A stretch of DNA of 64,000 bases from an uncultured Chloroflexia bacterium (GTDB lineage: Bacteria > Chloroflexota > Limnocylindria > Limnocylindrales > CSP1-4): NCBI GenBank assembly GCA_963819655.1, contig CAWFXA010000002.1, forward strand, positions 992,001 through 1,056,000. The letters are read 5' to 3'. The position numbers and the translations under genes are program-made. Shown here in pieces: positions 39,121-52,124 of this stretch; position 1 is the first letter of the stretch, and every line of letters begins with the position of its first letter. The notes under the pieces are model-generated. The model was not told the DNA's origin, did not search any database, and saw only the letters and a program-made list of their open reading frames with translations.

Positions 39121-40254
39121 TCAGGCCGGCAGGTCGCGCTCCGCGGCGCCGACATAATTCACGTCCGGGCGGATGAGGCGATTGTTGGCCGCCTGCTCCA
39201 GGATGTGGGCGGTCCAGCCCGCGTGGCGCGCCAGCGAGAACGTCGCCGGGAACAGGTCCGGGCTCAAGCCGACCCCCATGAGGACCGGCGCCGCATAGAA
39301 CTCCACGTTCGTCTTCAATGGGCGCTCGGGGTGCGTCTCGGCAAGGACCCGCAGGGCGACGTCCTCGACCTCGATGGCGAGCTGCAGCCAGTCGGGCTTG
39401 TGCTCCATGCCCTCGGCCACCTTCCGGAGGGCCGCGGCGCGCGGGTCGTAGGCCCGGTACACCCGGTGACCGAAACCCATCAACCGCTCCCCGCGCTCAA
39501 GGGCATCGCGGATCCATGCCTCGGCGTGATCTGCTGAACCGACCTGCGCCAGCTGGTCGACCACCTCCGACGGGGCCCCACCGTGGAGCGGCCCCTTCAT
39601 CGTGCCGATCGCGCCGACGACGGCAGACGCGATATCGGACCGGGTCGAGGTGATCACGCGCGCCGCGAACGTCGAGGCGTTGAAGCTGTGCTCCGCCCCG
39701 ACGATGAAGTACGCGTCGAGCGCCTTGGCGGTGCTCGCGTCGGGCCGCTGCCCGGTGAGCTGGTACAGGAACCCGGCGGTCAGATCGAGCTCCGGATCGG
39801 GATCGACCGGCTCCTTGCCGGCGCGCAGCCGGGCGAAGGCCGCCAGCGCCGACGGCGAGAAGGCGGTGAGGGCCCGTGCCTGCTCGACGGTCGGTGGCCA
39901 GGGCAGATCCTGCGTCGCCCCCCATGCCGACACCGCCGTCCGGAGCGCATCCATCGGCTTGGCATCCGAAGGCAGCGCACGCAAGACGTCCATGACGGCT
40001 TTCGGGACGGGCGTGGTCGGGAGCCGCTGGGACGGATCCCAGTCGCCGGTCCACAGGAGGTGCGCGACGGCCGCATACGTGCCGCGTTCGACGAGGTCGC
40101 CGATCCGATACCCGCGGTACAGCAGGCGGCCTGCGGCGCCATCGACGAACGACAGGCTGGTCTCGCCGGCGATCACGCCTTCCAGACCGGGGGAGAACGG
40201 CCGCGCGGCCTGGAGGTCCTCGGTCGAGGCGTCGGCAGGGGGAGAGTCGGTCAA
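39121..40254 (-). CDS. Citrate/2-methylcitrate synthase
   Basis: GLEGV, LLYRGY, EHSFNASTF, GPLHGGA, MGFGHRVY, DPRA and NVEFY. Confidence 0.93.
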   Translation of the reverse strand: MTDSPPADASTEDLQAARPFSPGLEGVIAGETSLSFVDGAAGRLLYRGYRIGDLVERGTYAAVAHLLWTGDWDPSQRLPTTPVPKAVMDVLRALPSDAKPMDALRTAVSAWGATQDLPWPPTVEQARALTAFSPSALAAFARLRAGKEPVDPDPELDLTAGFLYQLTGQRPDASTAKALDAYFIVGAEHSFNASTFAARVITSTRSDIASAVVGAIGTMKGPLHGGAPSEVVDQLAQVGSADHAEAWIRDALERGERLMGFGHRVYRAYDPRAAALRKVAEGMEHKPDWLQLAIEVEDVALRVLAETHPERPLKTNVEFYAAPVLMGVGLSPDLFPATFSLARHAGWTAHILEQAANNRLIRPDVNYVGAAERDLPA

Positions 40255-40511
40255 CGGTCCCTGTCCAGGGCGTTGAGGATGAGCCGGACGATGATCGATC
40301 CGAGCGTGGCCGCGACGACGGCGGCGATCAGCCCGTTGACCGGGCCGAAGCCCATCGACTGCGCGAGCCAGCCACCGACGATCCCTCCGACGATGCCGAC
40401 GACGACGTTCGGCAGGCAGCCGCGCGCCGTCCGACCGCCGACCAGCGCGCCCGAGATGGCGCCCGCGAGGAGGCCGACGAAGATCCAGCCGAAGATCCCC
40501 AGATCAAGCAC
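40251..40511 (-). CDS. GlsB/YeaQ/YmgE family membrane protein
   Basis: WIFVGLLAGAI...VVGIVGGIVGGWL...ATLGSII pattern. Confidence 0.85.
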   Translation of the reverse strand: MLDLGIFGWIFVGLLAGAISGALVGGRTARGCLPNVVVGIVGGIVGGWLAQSMGFGPVNGLIAAVVAATLGSIIVRLILNALDRDR

Positions 40512-40579
40512 GGTCGGAGTATCCCACGGCTATGCCGCGCTCGGCGGACGGTGCGACGACCGTCGCCGTCACGGTGGCT

Positions 40580-41398
40580 TCACGGCTCGGCGAGGAACGT
40601 GGCGATCACCTCGACCATCGCGTCGGGGTGGGTGTGATGGGCGGCGTGGCGCGCCCCGTCGATCACGACGACCCGCCCGTCCGCCAGTCGCTCGTCGAGC
40701 GCGACCGTGGCCTCATGGAAGGCTGGCACGCTGTCGCCGCCCAGGATCTGGAGCACCGGCTGGCGGACCCGACCGAGCGCGTCGAGCCCCGCTGCACCTG
40801 CCTTACCCTCGGCCGACAGCTCCCGTGGGATGGTGTGCGCGGCGGCGACCCGCAGCGGCCAGACGGGGTCTGCTCGGTAGGCCGCGAGAGCCGCGTCATC
40901 CATCCCGACCACGCGGCGCAGGAAGGCTTCGAGCACCGCCTCTGGGCGACCGGCGCGATCGAGATCCGCCAGCTCGCCCGCCAGGGCCGCGTCGCCATAG
41001 CGCACGTCCGGCGCCGACGGCGCCCCCTCGTAGGACACGACCCGACGGATGGACTCTGTCAGAAGCGCGGCCCCGAGGGCGCAACGACCGCCATAGGAAT
41101 GACCGATCACATCGACGCGCGCCCTTGTCTCGGTGGCCACGGTGTCGGCGACGGCCGCCACGTCCTCGAACTCCCGCTCGATGGCGTACGGCAGCGTGTC
41201 GCCCGAAGCGCCGCGACCGCGGCGGTCGATGGCCTGGACGGTGAACAGCTCGGCGAGCATCGGCCCGATCACCCGGAAGGTGGTGTGGTCGGCAGCGGCG
41301 CCATGGACCAGGACGACCGACGGCCCCGCACCGCTCGTGAAGACGGCGATCGGCGTGCGGTCGCGCGACTCGACCAGCCGCGAGGGTGCGGCCGTCAT
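40580..41398 (-). CDS. Alpha/beta hydrolase
   Basis: LVHG, DRRGRGASGD and GHSYGG. Confidence 0.88.
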   Translation of the reverse strand: MTAAPSRLVESRDRTPIAVFTSGAGPSVVLVHGAAADHTTFRVIGPMLAELFTVQAIDRRGRGASGDTLPYAIEREFEDVAAVADTVATETRARVDVIGHSYGGRCALGAALLTESIRRVVSYEGAPSAPDVRYGDAALAGELADLDRAGRPEAVLEAFLRRVVGMDDAALAAYRADPVWPLRVAAAHTIPRELSAEGKAGAAGLDALGRVRQPVLQILGGDSVPAFHEATVALDERLADGRVVVIDGARHAAHHTHPDAMVEVIATFLAEP

Positions 41399-41898
41399 GC
41401 AGGGGGCTCGGCCGCCACCACACCACCCTCCGGACGCCAGCGGTAGAGGACATCCGGCTGGCGCTCCTCATTGCCGGACCCGTCCCCGAACGCGATGGGC
41501 ACGAACCCATGGCTCTCGTAGAACCGACGGGCGTAGGCGTTGACCTGGAAGCAGTACAGGTCGAGTCCCTCCGGCCGGCGCGCCTTGGCGAGCGCGATGA
41601 AACGCCGGCCGAGACCGAGGCCGATCCACTCGGGGGCGACGTACAGCTGCTCCACCTTCGTGTCCGACAGCGCCATCACGGCGACGACCCGGCCGTCATC
41701 CCGCCGGTCTTCGGCGACCCATGTCTCGTGCTTCGGCACGAGCTCGGTCGCCAGCCAGCGGCGGACGTCGTCGTCGGGATGACTCGGCGGGAAGTCGAAC
41801 GTGGCCCGCCAGGACGCCAGCCACACCTCGCCGATGTCGGGCGCGTCATCGACCTCTGCCCTCCGGATGACCAGTCGATCGCTCTCGGACGACGTCAC
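41395..41898 (-). CDS. GNAT N-acetyltransferase
   Basis: LYVAPEWIGLGLG and NAYARRFYESHGF. GTG start overlaps the pgl stop. Confidence 0.85.
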   Translation of the reverse strand: MTSSESDRLVIRRAEVDDAPDIGEVWLASWRATFDFPPSHPDDDVRRWLATELVPKHETWVAEDRRDDGRVVAVMALSDTKVEQLYVAPEWIGLGLGRRFIALAKARRPEGLDLYCFQVNAYARRFYESHGFVPIAFGDGSGNEERQPDVLYRWRPEGGVVAAEPPA

Positions 41899-42698
41899 CG
41901 GGCAAGTCGCGCCGCGGCCGCCTCGTCGAGAAGCCAGGTCGCGCCGTCGCGCAGCGCCAGCTGCGCGGGGAGCGCGGCCGGATCGACATCCGGCGCGAAG
42001 ATGCGGCCGATGATGTCGGCCTTGCCGGCACCGGAGGCGACGACCAATACACGCTCGGCGACCGCGACAACGGCCGGGTTGAGCGTCACGCGCTCCACAT
42101 GCGGCTCGATGTGGGTCGGCGCCGGGATCGCCAGAGCCCACCGCTTCGATTCGAATGCCGCCGACCCGGGGAAGACCGACAGGATGTGCCCGTCACTGCC
42201 GACGCCGAGGAGGATGAGGTCGAAGACCGGCCAGCCATCGGTCTCCCGGAGGCCCGCCGCCCGAAGCTCCTCCACCAGCTCTGCCGCACAGGCCGCGGCG
42301 CTGCGGCCCTGGCCGATCGCCTCACCCGTCTGGAACGGGTGGACGTTGGCGACCGGGATCCGGACCCTGTCGCGATGGTCGTCCGAATGGACGCTCTCCC
42401 AACCGCCCGCCTCGAGGAGGATGTCGTCGAATGGCCGGACATTCGAGAGGGGGTGGTCCCCGGGCACGAACCGGTCGTCGCCCCACCAGGTGTGGACGTC
42501 ACGCCATGGCATCCGGGCCCGGAGATCCGGTGTGAGCATCGCCTTGTAGATCCCGATCGGGGCGGTACCGCCGGTCGTCGCCCAGTCGGCGCGACCGCGC
42601 CGTGCGACGGCGCCGCTCAGCGTGTCCGCGATGATCGACGCGGCGCGAGCCGCGCCGGTCGCCTGATCCGGGACGACGACGACCTCTCGTCCGGTCAC
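41895..42698 (-). CDS. pgl: 6-phosphogluconolactonase
   Basis: TGGTAP, GDDRFVP, LLGVGSDGHILSVFPG and RVTL; lies in the zwf-opcA operon. Confidence 0.9.
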   Translation of the reverse strand: MTGREVVVVPDQATGAARAASIIADTLSGAVARRGRADWATTGGTAPIGIYKAMLTPDLRARMPWRDVHTWWGDDRFVPGDHPLSNVRPFDDILLEAGGWESVHSDDHRDRVRIPVANVHPFQTGEAIGQGRSAAACAAELVEELRAAGLRETDGWPVFDLILLGVGSDGHILSVFPGSAAFESKRWALAIPAPTHIEPHVERVTLNPAVVAVAERVLVVASGAGKADIIGRIFAPDVDPAALPAQLALRDGATWLLDEAAAARLAR

Positions 42699-43935
42699 GA
42701 GCGGCCGCCTGCCGCCGGTGCCTCGCCGACCAGTCGCGCCGCCGTCCGTAACGTCCCGACCGAGACCGGATCGCGGCGACCCGCCTCGATCGCCTCCGCG
42801 AGGAGGTCGACGTCCCCGCGACGGGGGGCGAGGAAGTGCCGCTCCAGCGCCTCGACGCCGTCCTGCCAGACCCGGACGTGGACCGTCTCGGCTTCGGCGG
42901 TCACGTCGGCCCGGAGCTCCGAGCCGCGACGCTCGCACAGCAGCTCGACGCGCAGCGTCGTGCCGGAGGGCATCGACGAGACGACCGGCCTGATCACCAC
43001 GGACACCTCGGCTCGCCCATCGGACAGGGTGGCTGCCATCCCCCGACTCAGCGTCGGCCGGCTCGACGAGCCGGCCCGCGGCTTCGATGTGCCCTGGCCC
43101 GGTCCCGTCGCGACGGCCAGCGGCTTGACGACGTTCAGCCCGAGGCGCGACGCCAACCAGGCCACGTGGTAGACAGGTTTCACGAGGTTTGTCGTCCCGG
43201 GCGCGCCCGTCTCGTCGTGGGTCCCATACGTCACCGAGATCCGCCGAAGGGAGCGCAGGTACGGCAGGAAGTCCGGGTCGTCGAAGATCGATGCGATCGC
43301 CTCGCGCCAGCGCGATTGGCGCATCAGGGCGAAATCGCTCACGGCCAGGTTTGCCTTTTCTGCGACCGACGCCATCTCCGCGAGCCGTGCGAGTCCGTCA
43401 CCGTCCCACGTCGAGCCGTCCACGACGAGCCTGTCCGACGCCTCGAACAGGTCGATCGACGCTTGGGATGAGAACGGCGGCTCGCCCGGCCACCAGACCG
43501 TCGTCGGCAGGTCGTGGATTATCAGCGGCGTCACGATCGCCGAGAGGTGTCGCCCGGCTTCGCCGCCCGCGATCAGGTGGATGGTCTCGGCGCACGTCTC
43601 CGGGGCGTCCTCACGCGGCAGGATGCAATGCGCCTCCACGCGCGCGTCGATCCACGACGGGCCGTCGGGATCCGCTGATTGGACGACGATCGTCCGCGAC
43701 GGATGTTTGCCGGTCAGCGCCTGGATCGTGGCAGCTCCCCGTTCCGCGATCTCCGGCCGTCGCGCGATGACGACCAGGTTCATCACGCTCGATCTGGCCG
43801 CGACGTGACGGCCGGGCTTGCCCTCCATCCGGGTGGTCAGGTCCTGCCTGGCCCAGATCCTCGACAGCTCCTTCTCGATGTCGGGGATGCTCCGCGCCCG
43901 CGCCGACCAGCGCAGGACCGGCTCGTTGAGTGCGA

Positions 43936-43951
<16 letters not shown>
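42695..43951 (-). CDS. opcA: Glucose-6-phosphate dehydrogenase assembly protein OpcA
   Basis: HPSRTI, DLPTTVWWPG and DRLVVD; located between zwf and pgl. Confidence 0.88.
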
Positions 43952-45612
<1,661 letters not shown>

Positions 45613-45652
45613 GGCTACGAAACCTCGGGCCGATGGCGTCGCGGGGCTCCGC

Positions 45653-46567
45653 TCATTCCGTCCTGACCTCGTGGCCGCCGAACTCGTTTCGCAGGGCAGC
45701 CAGCACCTTGGCCCCATACGAGTCGTCCTGTCGGGAGCGGAACCTGGTCAGGAGCGACAGCGTTATCACCGGCGCCGGGACGTCCTTGTCGATGGCCTCC
45801 TGGACCGTCCAGCGGCCCTCCCCCAAATCGGCGACCCAGCCCTTCAGGTGCTCGAGGTCCTGGCCGTTCGTCTTGAAGGCGCGAGCCGCCAGCTCGAGCA
45901 GCCACGAGCGCACGACCGAGCCCTGCATCCAGAGGTCAGAGATGGCAGCGAGGTCGAGCGTGTAGTCGCTCGCGTGCATGATCTCGAAGCCCTCGGCGTA
46001 CGCCTGCATGAGGCCGTACTCGATGCCGTTGTGGACCATCTTCACGTAGTGCCCGGCGCCTGGTCCCCCGACATGGAGATAGCCGCCCGGCGGCGCCAGG
46101 GTCGTGAAGATCGGCTCGAGCGGTCGGACGGCCTCCTCGTCGCCGCCGACCATCAGGCAATAGCCGACCTGCAGGCCCCACACCCCGCCCGATGTCCCCG
46201 CATCGACGTAATGGACGCCGTGCTCCTTCAGGGCGTCGTGGCGGCGGACGTCGTCGTGGAAGTTGGTGTTGCCCCCGTCGATGATCGTGTCGCCCGGCTC
46301 GAGGTGCTCGAGCAGCTCGGTGATCTGGGCCTCCGTGGCATCGCCCGCCGGGACCATCACCCAGACGGCCCGCGGCTTCTCGAGCTTGGCCACCAGCTCC
46401 TCGATCGAGAAGGTCGCCTTCGCTCCGTCGCCCTCTCCCTCGATCTCCTTCGACTTCTCCGGTGTCCGGTTGTAGACCATGATCTCGTGGCCGTCGCGGA
46501 CCAGGCGGCGGACCATGTTCGCGCCCATCCGACCGAGACCGATGAAGCCGAGTCGCATGTGCGTCAC
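45653..46567 (-). CDS. gnd: 6-phosphogluconate dehydrogenase (short decarboxylating form)
   Basis: GLGRMG, IDGGN, GTSGG, KMVHNGIEYG and RNEFGGH. Confidence 0.95.
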   Translation of the reverse strand: MTHMRLGFIGLGRMGANMVRRLVRDGHEIMVYNRTPEKSKEIEGEGDGAKATFSIEELVAKLEKPRAVWVMVPAGDATEAQITELLEHLEPGDTIIDGGNTNFHDDVRRHDALKEHGVHYVDAGTSGGVWGLQVGYCLMVGGDEEAVRPLEPIFTTLAPPGGYLHVGGPGAGHYVKMVHNGIEYGLMQAYAEGFEIMHASDYTLDLAAISDLWMQGSVVRSWLLELAARAFKTNGQDLEHLKGWVADLGEGRWTVQEAIDKDVPAPVITLSLLTRFRSRQDDSYGAKVLAALRNEFGGHEVRTE

Positions 46568-48291
46568 ACCTCCGGCAGGTTGGCGAGCGCGCCGTCGAGT
46601 GCGCGCTCAAGGGCGGCGAGCCCGGCGTCCACGTCGGCGCCGAGATGGATCCGCAGGATCGGCAGGTCGTGCGCGGCGATCGCGGCGTGATCGCCGTCGG
46701 CCTGCGCGTGGATGAGCTGGCCGAAGGTATACGGCCAGCCCGGGATCGGCCGATCGTTCGTGTGATCCGCTGTGAGCTGGAGAAACCACCCGATCGGCGG
46801 GCCGCCCTTGTGGAGTTGGCCCGTCGAATGGAGGAAACGAGGCCCATAGCCGGCCGTCGTCGCGTTGCGGGTCGCGTCACGGAGGCGGGACCGGATCCGG
46901 GTCATCGCCGCGTCGCGGTCCGACGTCGGGGCGATGAACGCCTGGACGGCAAGGTAGGCGTGCGGTACCCGCCGGCCGAGGTGATCGCGCAGCCGGTCGG
47001 CGAGATTCGCATCGGCGGCGCTCACCTCGGCGTCGTGCGACACCATGCGCTCGCCGAGATCGGCCTTGGCGAACGCCTGGCGGGTCATCTCCTTGGACTC
47101 CTCGACATTGGGCTGGTCGAACGGGTCGATGCCGAGGACGATGCCGGCGATCGCCGTGGCCACCTCCCACCGAACGAACTCGGCGCCGAGATCGATCGGA
47201 TCGGGGACCGTGATTCGGATGACCGGGTGGCCGGCCTTCTCGAGCGCGTCGGCGAGGGCGTCGCGGCCCCCGTCGGTGCCTCCCTCGAGGGCCATACGAA
47301 CGATGACCCTGTCGTCACCGTAGGACTCCGGCCGGCCGAGCGGCTCGAGGTCCACAGGCACGATCCCAACACCATGCTTGCCTGTGCTCTCGGCGATGAG
47401 CTGTTCCGCCCAGGCCCCGAAGGACGCGATGTCGTCGTCGGGCAGGAACGTCAGCTTGTCGCGGCCGGCGCGAGCCAGCGTGCCGATCGCGATCCCGAGG
47501 GACACGCCGGGGTTGGCGTCCGGATCCGGTTCCCGGCACGCGCCGAGCATCGCGCCAGCGGACGCCAGCAGCGCGTCGAGGTCCAGCCCGATCAATGACG
47601 CCGGCACCAGCCCGACGTACGACAGCGCGCTGTAGCGACCGCCGATGTCGGGTGGGTTGAGGAACACTTCCCGGAAGGCGTCGTGGTGGGGGATCGCCTC
47701 GAGGCTTTTCCCGGGATCGGTGATCGCGACGATGAAGGCGCCGGGAGTCTCGTAGACGTGGTGCTTGACCTTGTCGAGCGCCTCGCTCCCGCGATGCCAG
47801 GCCTCCGCGAGGAACGCGTTCGGCTCGACGGTCGTGCCCGACTTGCTCGCCACGATCACGAGCGTGCGAAACGGATCGAGGTCATCGAAGACGGCCCCGA
47901 CGGCCTCCGGATCGGTCGAGTCGAGGATGCGCAGGGCGAGGTAGCCATCGGTCGAGCCGAATGTCCGATGGAGGACATCCGGTGCGAGGCTGCTGCCCCC
48001 CATCCCGGCCACGACGGCGGTCGTGAGGCCGGCGTCGACCACTGCATCGCCGAACCCCTCGAGAGCCGGGATGTTGTCGATGAAGTCGATCGGGGCGTCG
48101 AGCCAGCCCAGGCGATCCGCGATGGCCGCGGCGACCGTCGGGTCGTCCGTCCACAGCGACGTGTCGCGGTCGAACAGCCGGACGGCCCATTCGGCGTCGC
48201 GGGCGTCATCGACGACCGAGCGATACGCGGCAGCGCCGTCCCCGAGCGCGAATGTCGGGACCTGGACGGGGGACGAGACGGGCTCGGTCAT
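46564..48291 (-). CDS. pgi: Glucose-6-phosphate isomerase (PGI half of the Tal/Pgi type)
   Basis: RLGWL, GMGGSSL, SKSGTT, GGRYSALS, EQLIAESTGK and FDQPNVEESK; GGAGG RBS. Confidence 0.9.
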   Translation of the reverse strand: MTEPVSSPVQVPTFALGDGAAAYRSVVDDARDAEWAVRLFDRDTSLWTDDPTVAAAIADRLGWLDAPIDFIDNIPALEGFGDAVVDAGLTTAVVAGMGGSSLAPDVLHRTFGSTDGYLALRILDSTDPEAVGAVFDDLDPFRTLVIVASKSGTTVEPNAFLAEAWHRGSEALDKVKHHVYETPGAFIVAITDPGKSLEAIPHHDAFREVFLNPPDIGGRYSALSYVGLVPASLIGLDLDALLASAGAMLGACREPDPDANPGVSLGIAIGTLARAGRDKLTFLPDDDIASFGAWAEQLIAESTGKHGVGIVPVDLEPLGRPESYGDDRVIVRMALEGGTDGGRDALADALEKAGHPVIRITVPDPIDLGAEFVRWEVATAIAGIVLGIDPFDQPNVEESKEMTRQAFAKADLGERMVSHDAEVSAADANLADRLRDHLGRRVPHAYLAVQAFIAPTSDRDAAMTRIRSRLRDATRNATTAGYGPRFLHSTGQLHKGGPPIGWFLQLTADHTNDRPIPGWPYTFGQLIHAQADGDHAAIAAHDLPILRIHLGADVDAGLAALERALDGALANLPEV

Positions 48292-48370
48292 CGTGGCCTC
48301 CGAAGGATTTCCGGGGACCTGCATGGTACTTCCCTCACATCACCCCCGGCCGTGCGTCACACTGCGAGGG

Positions 48371-49525
48371 ATGCGGCGGCCTTGGCTTCGCTTGGGTTCC
48401 TTGGCGATCGCGTCGGCGGTGCTGGGCTGCACGCCGGCCCCGTCACCGACCCCACCGATGACCCCGCCACCCGTGCCGGCCGACGTCGTGCCGTGGCCGG
48501 ACGTCGTGTGGTCGACGGCAGAAGTGACCGGTGGCGGACCGGCCGACGACCCGGGCGGCGGCGAGATGGTCGCCGCAGTCACGGCGGGCCCGAACGGCTT
48601 CGTGGCGGTCGGCTACCGGGAGCACGACGCTGTCCGCGACGGCCTGATCTGGTTCTCCGAGGATGGCGTGTCGTGGACCTCCGTCGGGGCGCCCGGCGCG
48701 TTCGACGCCGTGGAGCTGGTCGACGTGGCGACGTCGCCGCGCGGCTTCGTGGCGCTCGGGGTCGGGCTGTTCGCACCGGCCGCCGACCGCCCGCATGCGG
48801 TGTTCCTGCATTCCCCCGACGGCCTCGCGTGGGAGCGCATCGGGGGGGTGCCCGGATCCGCCGACACGTACCCGGCCTGGGTGACAGGCGGTCTCGACGG
48901 TTTCGTGGCGGCCGGCAGCGATGAGAACGGCGCTCCGGCAGTCTGGAGATCCCCGGACGGAACGACGTTCGAGCGCATGACGATCGAGCTCGCGGCGGAC
49001 CTGTCGGTCACCGATCCGCATGCCGTCGACGGCGGCTACGTCGCGCTCGGCGGCAGCGGCAGCCCGCCCGTCCTGCTGCGATCGCCCGATGCGGTCCGCT
49101 GGACCGCCACGCCCATCGACATGGCCCCGGACGTCTCTGCGGCACGGCTGATCCCGGGTCGCTGGGGACTGGTCGTCCAGGGGGCCTGGGCACCGACATG
49201 CGCGGCGAACGCGTCCTGCCCGGCCAGCTCGATCGCCTGGTGGTCCGAGGACGGGTCCGCGTGGGGCCGGCTGCCGGGCGACGGATCGCCCATGTCGAAC
49301 GGTGGCAGCATCGTCGTCCCGGCCGGCACGCACGGCCTCCTGGCGATCGACGGCGCGAGCGCCTGGGCGAGCCCCGACGGCTGGGCGTGGCGTCCGTTGC
49401 CCGAGCCTGGGGATGGATCGATGCTGATCACCGACGCGGCCGTCGTCGGCGACGAGATCGTCGCGGTCGGAGCCGTGTATGGCGAGGACGGCATCAGCCG
49501 GGGGGCCATCGTCGTTGCGAAGTGA
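48371..49525 (+). CDS. Putative lipoprotein with Asp-box-like repeats
   Basis: Lipobox-like VLGC and a Pro-rich linker; repeated S-x-D-G-x-x-W (SEDGVSW, SPDGLAW, SEDGSAW, SPDGWAW). Confidence 0.72.
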   Translation: MRRPWLRLGSLAIASAVLGCTPAPSPTPPMTPPPVPADVVPWPDVVWSTAEVTGGGPADDPGGGEMVAAVTAGPNGFVAVGYREHDAVRDGLIWFSEDGVSWTSVGAPGAFDAVELVDVATSPRGFVALGVGLFAPAADRPHAVFLHSPDGLAWERIGGVPGSADTYPAWVTGGLDGFVAAGSDENGAPAVWRSPDGTTFERMTIELAADLSVTDPHAVDGGYVALGGSGSPPVLLRSPDAVRWTATPIDMAPDVSAARLIPGRWGLVVQGAWAPTCAANASCPASSIAWWSEDGSAWGRLPGDGSPMSNGGSIVVPAGTHGLLAIDGASAWASPDGWAWRPLPEPGDGSMLITDAAVVGDEIVAVGAVYGEDGISRGAIVVAK

Positions 49526-49984
49526 CTAGCGGCCGGCCGCCTCGATCGCCAGGACCTTGGCGAGTCGTCGCTTGTGCCGCGGCTCGCCGCTGAACGTCGC
49601 CGCGAGGAAGGCCAGCGAGCACTCGACGGCGGGCTCCGGTCCGATGACGCGGGCACCGAGCGTCAGGACGTTCATGTCGTCGTGCTCGACGCCCTGGTGG
49701 GCCGAATACGTGTCATGGCATACCGCCGACCTGATCCCGCGCATCTTGTTCGCCGCCACGCTGGCGCCGACACCCGACCCGCAGATGAGGATCCCGCGAT
49801 CGGCCTCCCCGGACAGGATCGACTCGCCCAGCCGCTGGGCGAAGTCCGGGTAGTCGTCGTTCGGGTCGGAGCCGTCGCCGCCCAGGTCGATCAGCTCGTG
49901 CCCGACGCCGGCCGCCGCGATCCGCGCGATCAGCTCGTCCTTGAGCCGGGCTCCGGCGTGATCCGCCGAGAACGCGACGCGCAT
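49526..49984 (-). CDS. rpiB: Ribose-5-phosphate isomerase B
   Basis: [26 protein letters not shown] and RHKRRL. Confidence 0.95.
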   Translation of the reverse strand: MRVAFSADHAGARLKDELIARIAAAGVGHELIDLGGDGSDPNDDYPDFAQRLGESILSGEADRGILICGSGVGASVAANKMRGIRSAVCHDTYSAHQGVEHDDMNVLTLGARVIGPEPAVECSLAFLAATFSGEPRHKRRLAKVLAIEAAGR

Positions 49985-52124
49985 CAGCTGTGGCCCGGAT
50001 CGGAGTCGTCGGTGCGGTCCACGCCCGCCTCGCCGGAGCGCAGCGTCGGGTGGGCACCGCTGCCCATGTGGGCAAAGTGCCCGCCCTCGATGGTCCCGAT
50101 CCGCCCGCGCAGCCCGTCGCGCACGACCCGCCGGCCGACGTCCGCGACGCGGGCCACGGTGAAGCCGAAGTGCTCGAAGATCGTGCCTGCCGGGAGCCGA
50201 GGCGCCGAAGTGGTCGAGCCCGATGATCGCGCCCTCGTCGCCGACCCAGCGCTCCCACCCGAGCGACACGCCGACCTCGACGCTGACCCGCTTGCGAACG
50301 GACGGTGGCAGGACCTCGTCGCGATACGACGCGTCCTGCGCCTCGAAGCGCTCCCAGCAGGGGAGCGACACGACTCGGGTCGGGATCCCGTCGTCTTCGA
50401 GCGCCTCGGCCGCCCCGAAGCCGAGCTGGAGCTCGGAGCCTGTGGCGATGAGGATCAGCGTCGGCGCACCGCCCTCTGCGTCGACGGAGCACGTAGCCGC
50501 CGCGCGCGACGCCCTCGCGCGCCTTGTCGGCCGTGCCGGGGAGGACAGGCAGCTTCTGCCGGGTGAGGGCCAGTGCGACCGGTCCGTCACGCCGCTCGAT
50601 CGCAAGGGCCCACGCCGCCGACGTCTCGTTCGCGTCGCCGGGGCGCACGAACCACAGGTTGGGGATCGCCCGCAACGCCGCGTAATGCTCGACCGGCTGG
50701 TGGGTCGGCCCGTCCTCGCCGAGCCCGACCGAGTCGTGCGTCCAGACGTGGATCACGTGCAACCCGGCCAAGGCGGAAAGGCGGACCGCGCCCCGCATGT
50801 AATCGCTGAACGTCAGGAACGTCGCGTCGTACGGGATGAACCCGCCGTGGTAGGCGATGCCGTTCGCGATCCCGCCCATACCGTGCTCCCGAACCCCGAA
50901 GCGCAGGTTCCGACCCGGCTCTTCGGCGCTGAAGTTCGGCTCACCCTTGACGTCGGTCAGGTTGGACTCGGAGAGGTCCGCCGCACCGCCGAACAGCTCC
51001 GGCACCGGCCCGGCAAGTGCCAGGATCGCGTCCTGCGATGCGTTCCGGGTGGCCAGCTCGGTCCCCGCCTCGTACGTCTTAAGCCCGCCGTCCCACCCAG
51101 GCCGCAGCCGCCGGTCCACGCGCCGCAGGAATTCCTCCGCGCGCGCCACGTCGGTCGCCCCGTACCGGGCCAGCTTCTCGTTCCATTCGTCGACGAGCCG
51201 CTCCCCGGCCGGGACCGCCTCGCGGAACACGGCCAATGCGTCGGCCGGCACGTGGAACGTGGCATCCGGGTTCCAGCCGTAGGCCACCTTCGTCAGGCGC
51301 ACCTCGTCGGGACCCAGCGGCGCTCCGTGCGCCTTCTGCGAGTCCTGCTTGTTCGGGCTGCCGTAGCCGATGTGGGTCCGAACGGCGATGAGGCTCGGCC
51401 GGTCGTCGGCGTCGCGAGCCGTTTGGATCGCCGATTCGATGGCCGCGATGTCGTTGCCGTCGGCGACGCGCTGGGTGTGCCAGCCGTAGGCGTCGAAGCG
51501 CTTCGGCACGTCCTCCGAGAACGCCATCGCGGTCGGGCCGTCGAGCTGGATGTGGTTGTCGTCGTACAGGACGATCAACTTGCCGAGGCGCAAGTGGCCC
51601 GCGAGGCTCGCCGCCTCCGAGGCGATGCCCTCCTGGAGGTCGCCATCGCTGGCGATCACGTACGTCCGGTGATCGACGATCCTGCCGCCGTCGCCGTTGA
51701 ACTCCGCCCCGAGCCTCCGCTCGGCGATGGCCATGCCGACCGCGTTCGCGAAGCCCTGACCGAGCGGCCCGGTCGTGGCCTCGACCCCCGGCGTCAGCCC
51801 CGACTCCGGATGACCCGGCGTCCGCGAGCCCCACTGGCGGAACCTCGTCAACTCGTCGAGCGGGAGGTCGTAGCCGGTCAGGTGGAGGAGCGAGTAGAGC
51901 AGCATCGAGGCGTGCCCGGCCGACAGGACGAAGCGGTCGCGATCCGGCCAGTCGGGCTGCGTCGGGGCGTGTCGGAGGAAACGCGTCCAGAGCACGTACG
52001 CCATCGGGGCGGCGCCCATCGGGGCGCCCGGGTGTCCTGAGTTCGCCTGCTGGACCGCGTCGATCGAGAGGGTGCGGATCGTGTCGATCGCGAGGCGGTC
52101 GAGGTCGGTCGTCACGGCGGCCAT
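49984..52124 (-). CDS. tkt: Transketolase (frameshifts near 50487 and 50190)
   Basis: [43 protein letters not shown], then LIATGSE and FGASAP in shifted frames. Confidence 0.95.

Noticed and set aside
49984-52124. Programmed ribosomal frameshifting in tkt and the other split genes
   Set aside because: No shared slippery sequence or stimulatory structure is evident; sites are scattered across unrelated genes, which fits sequencing indels.
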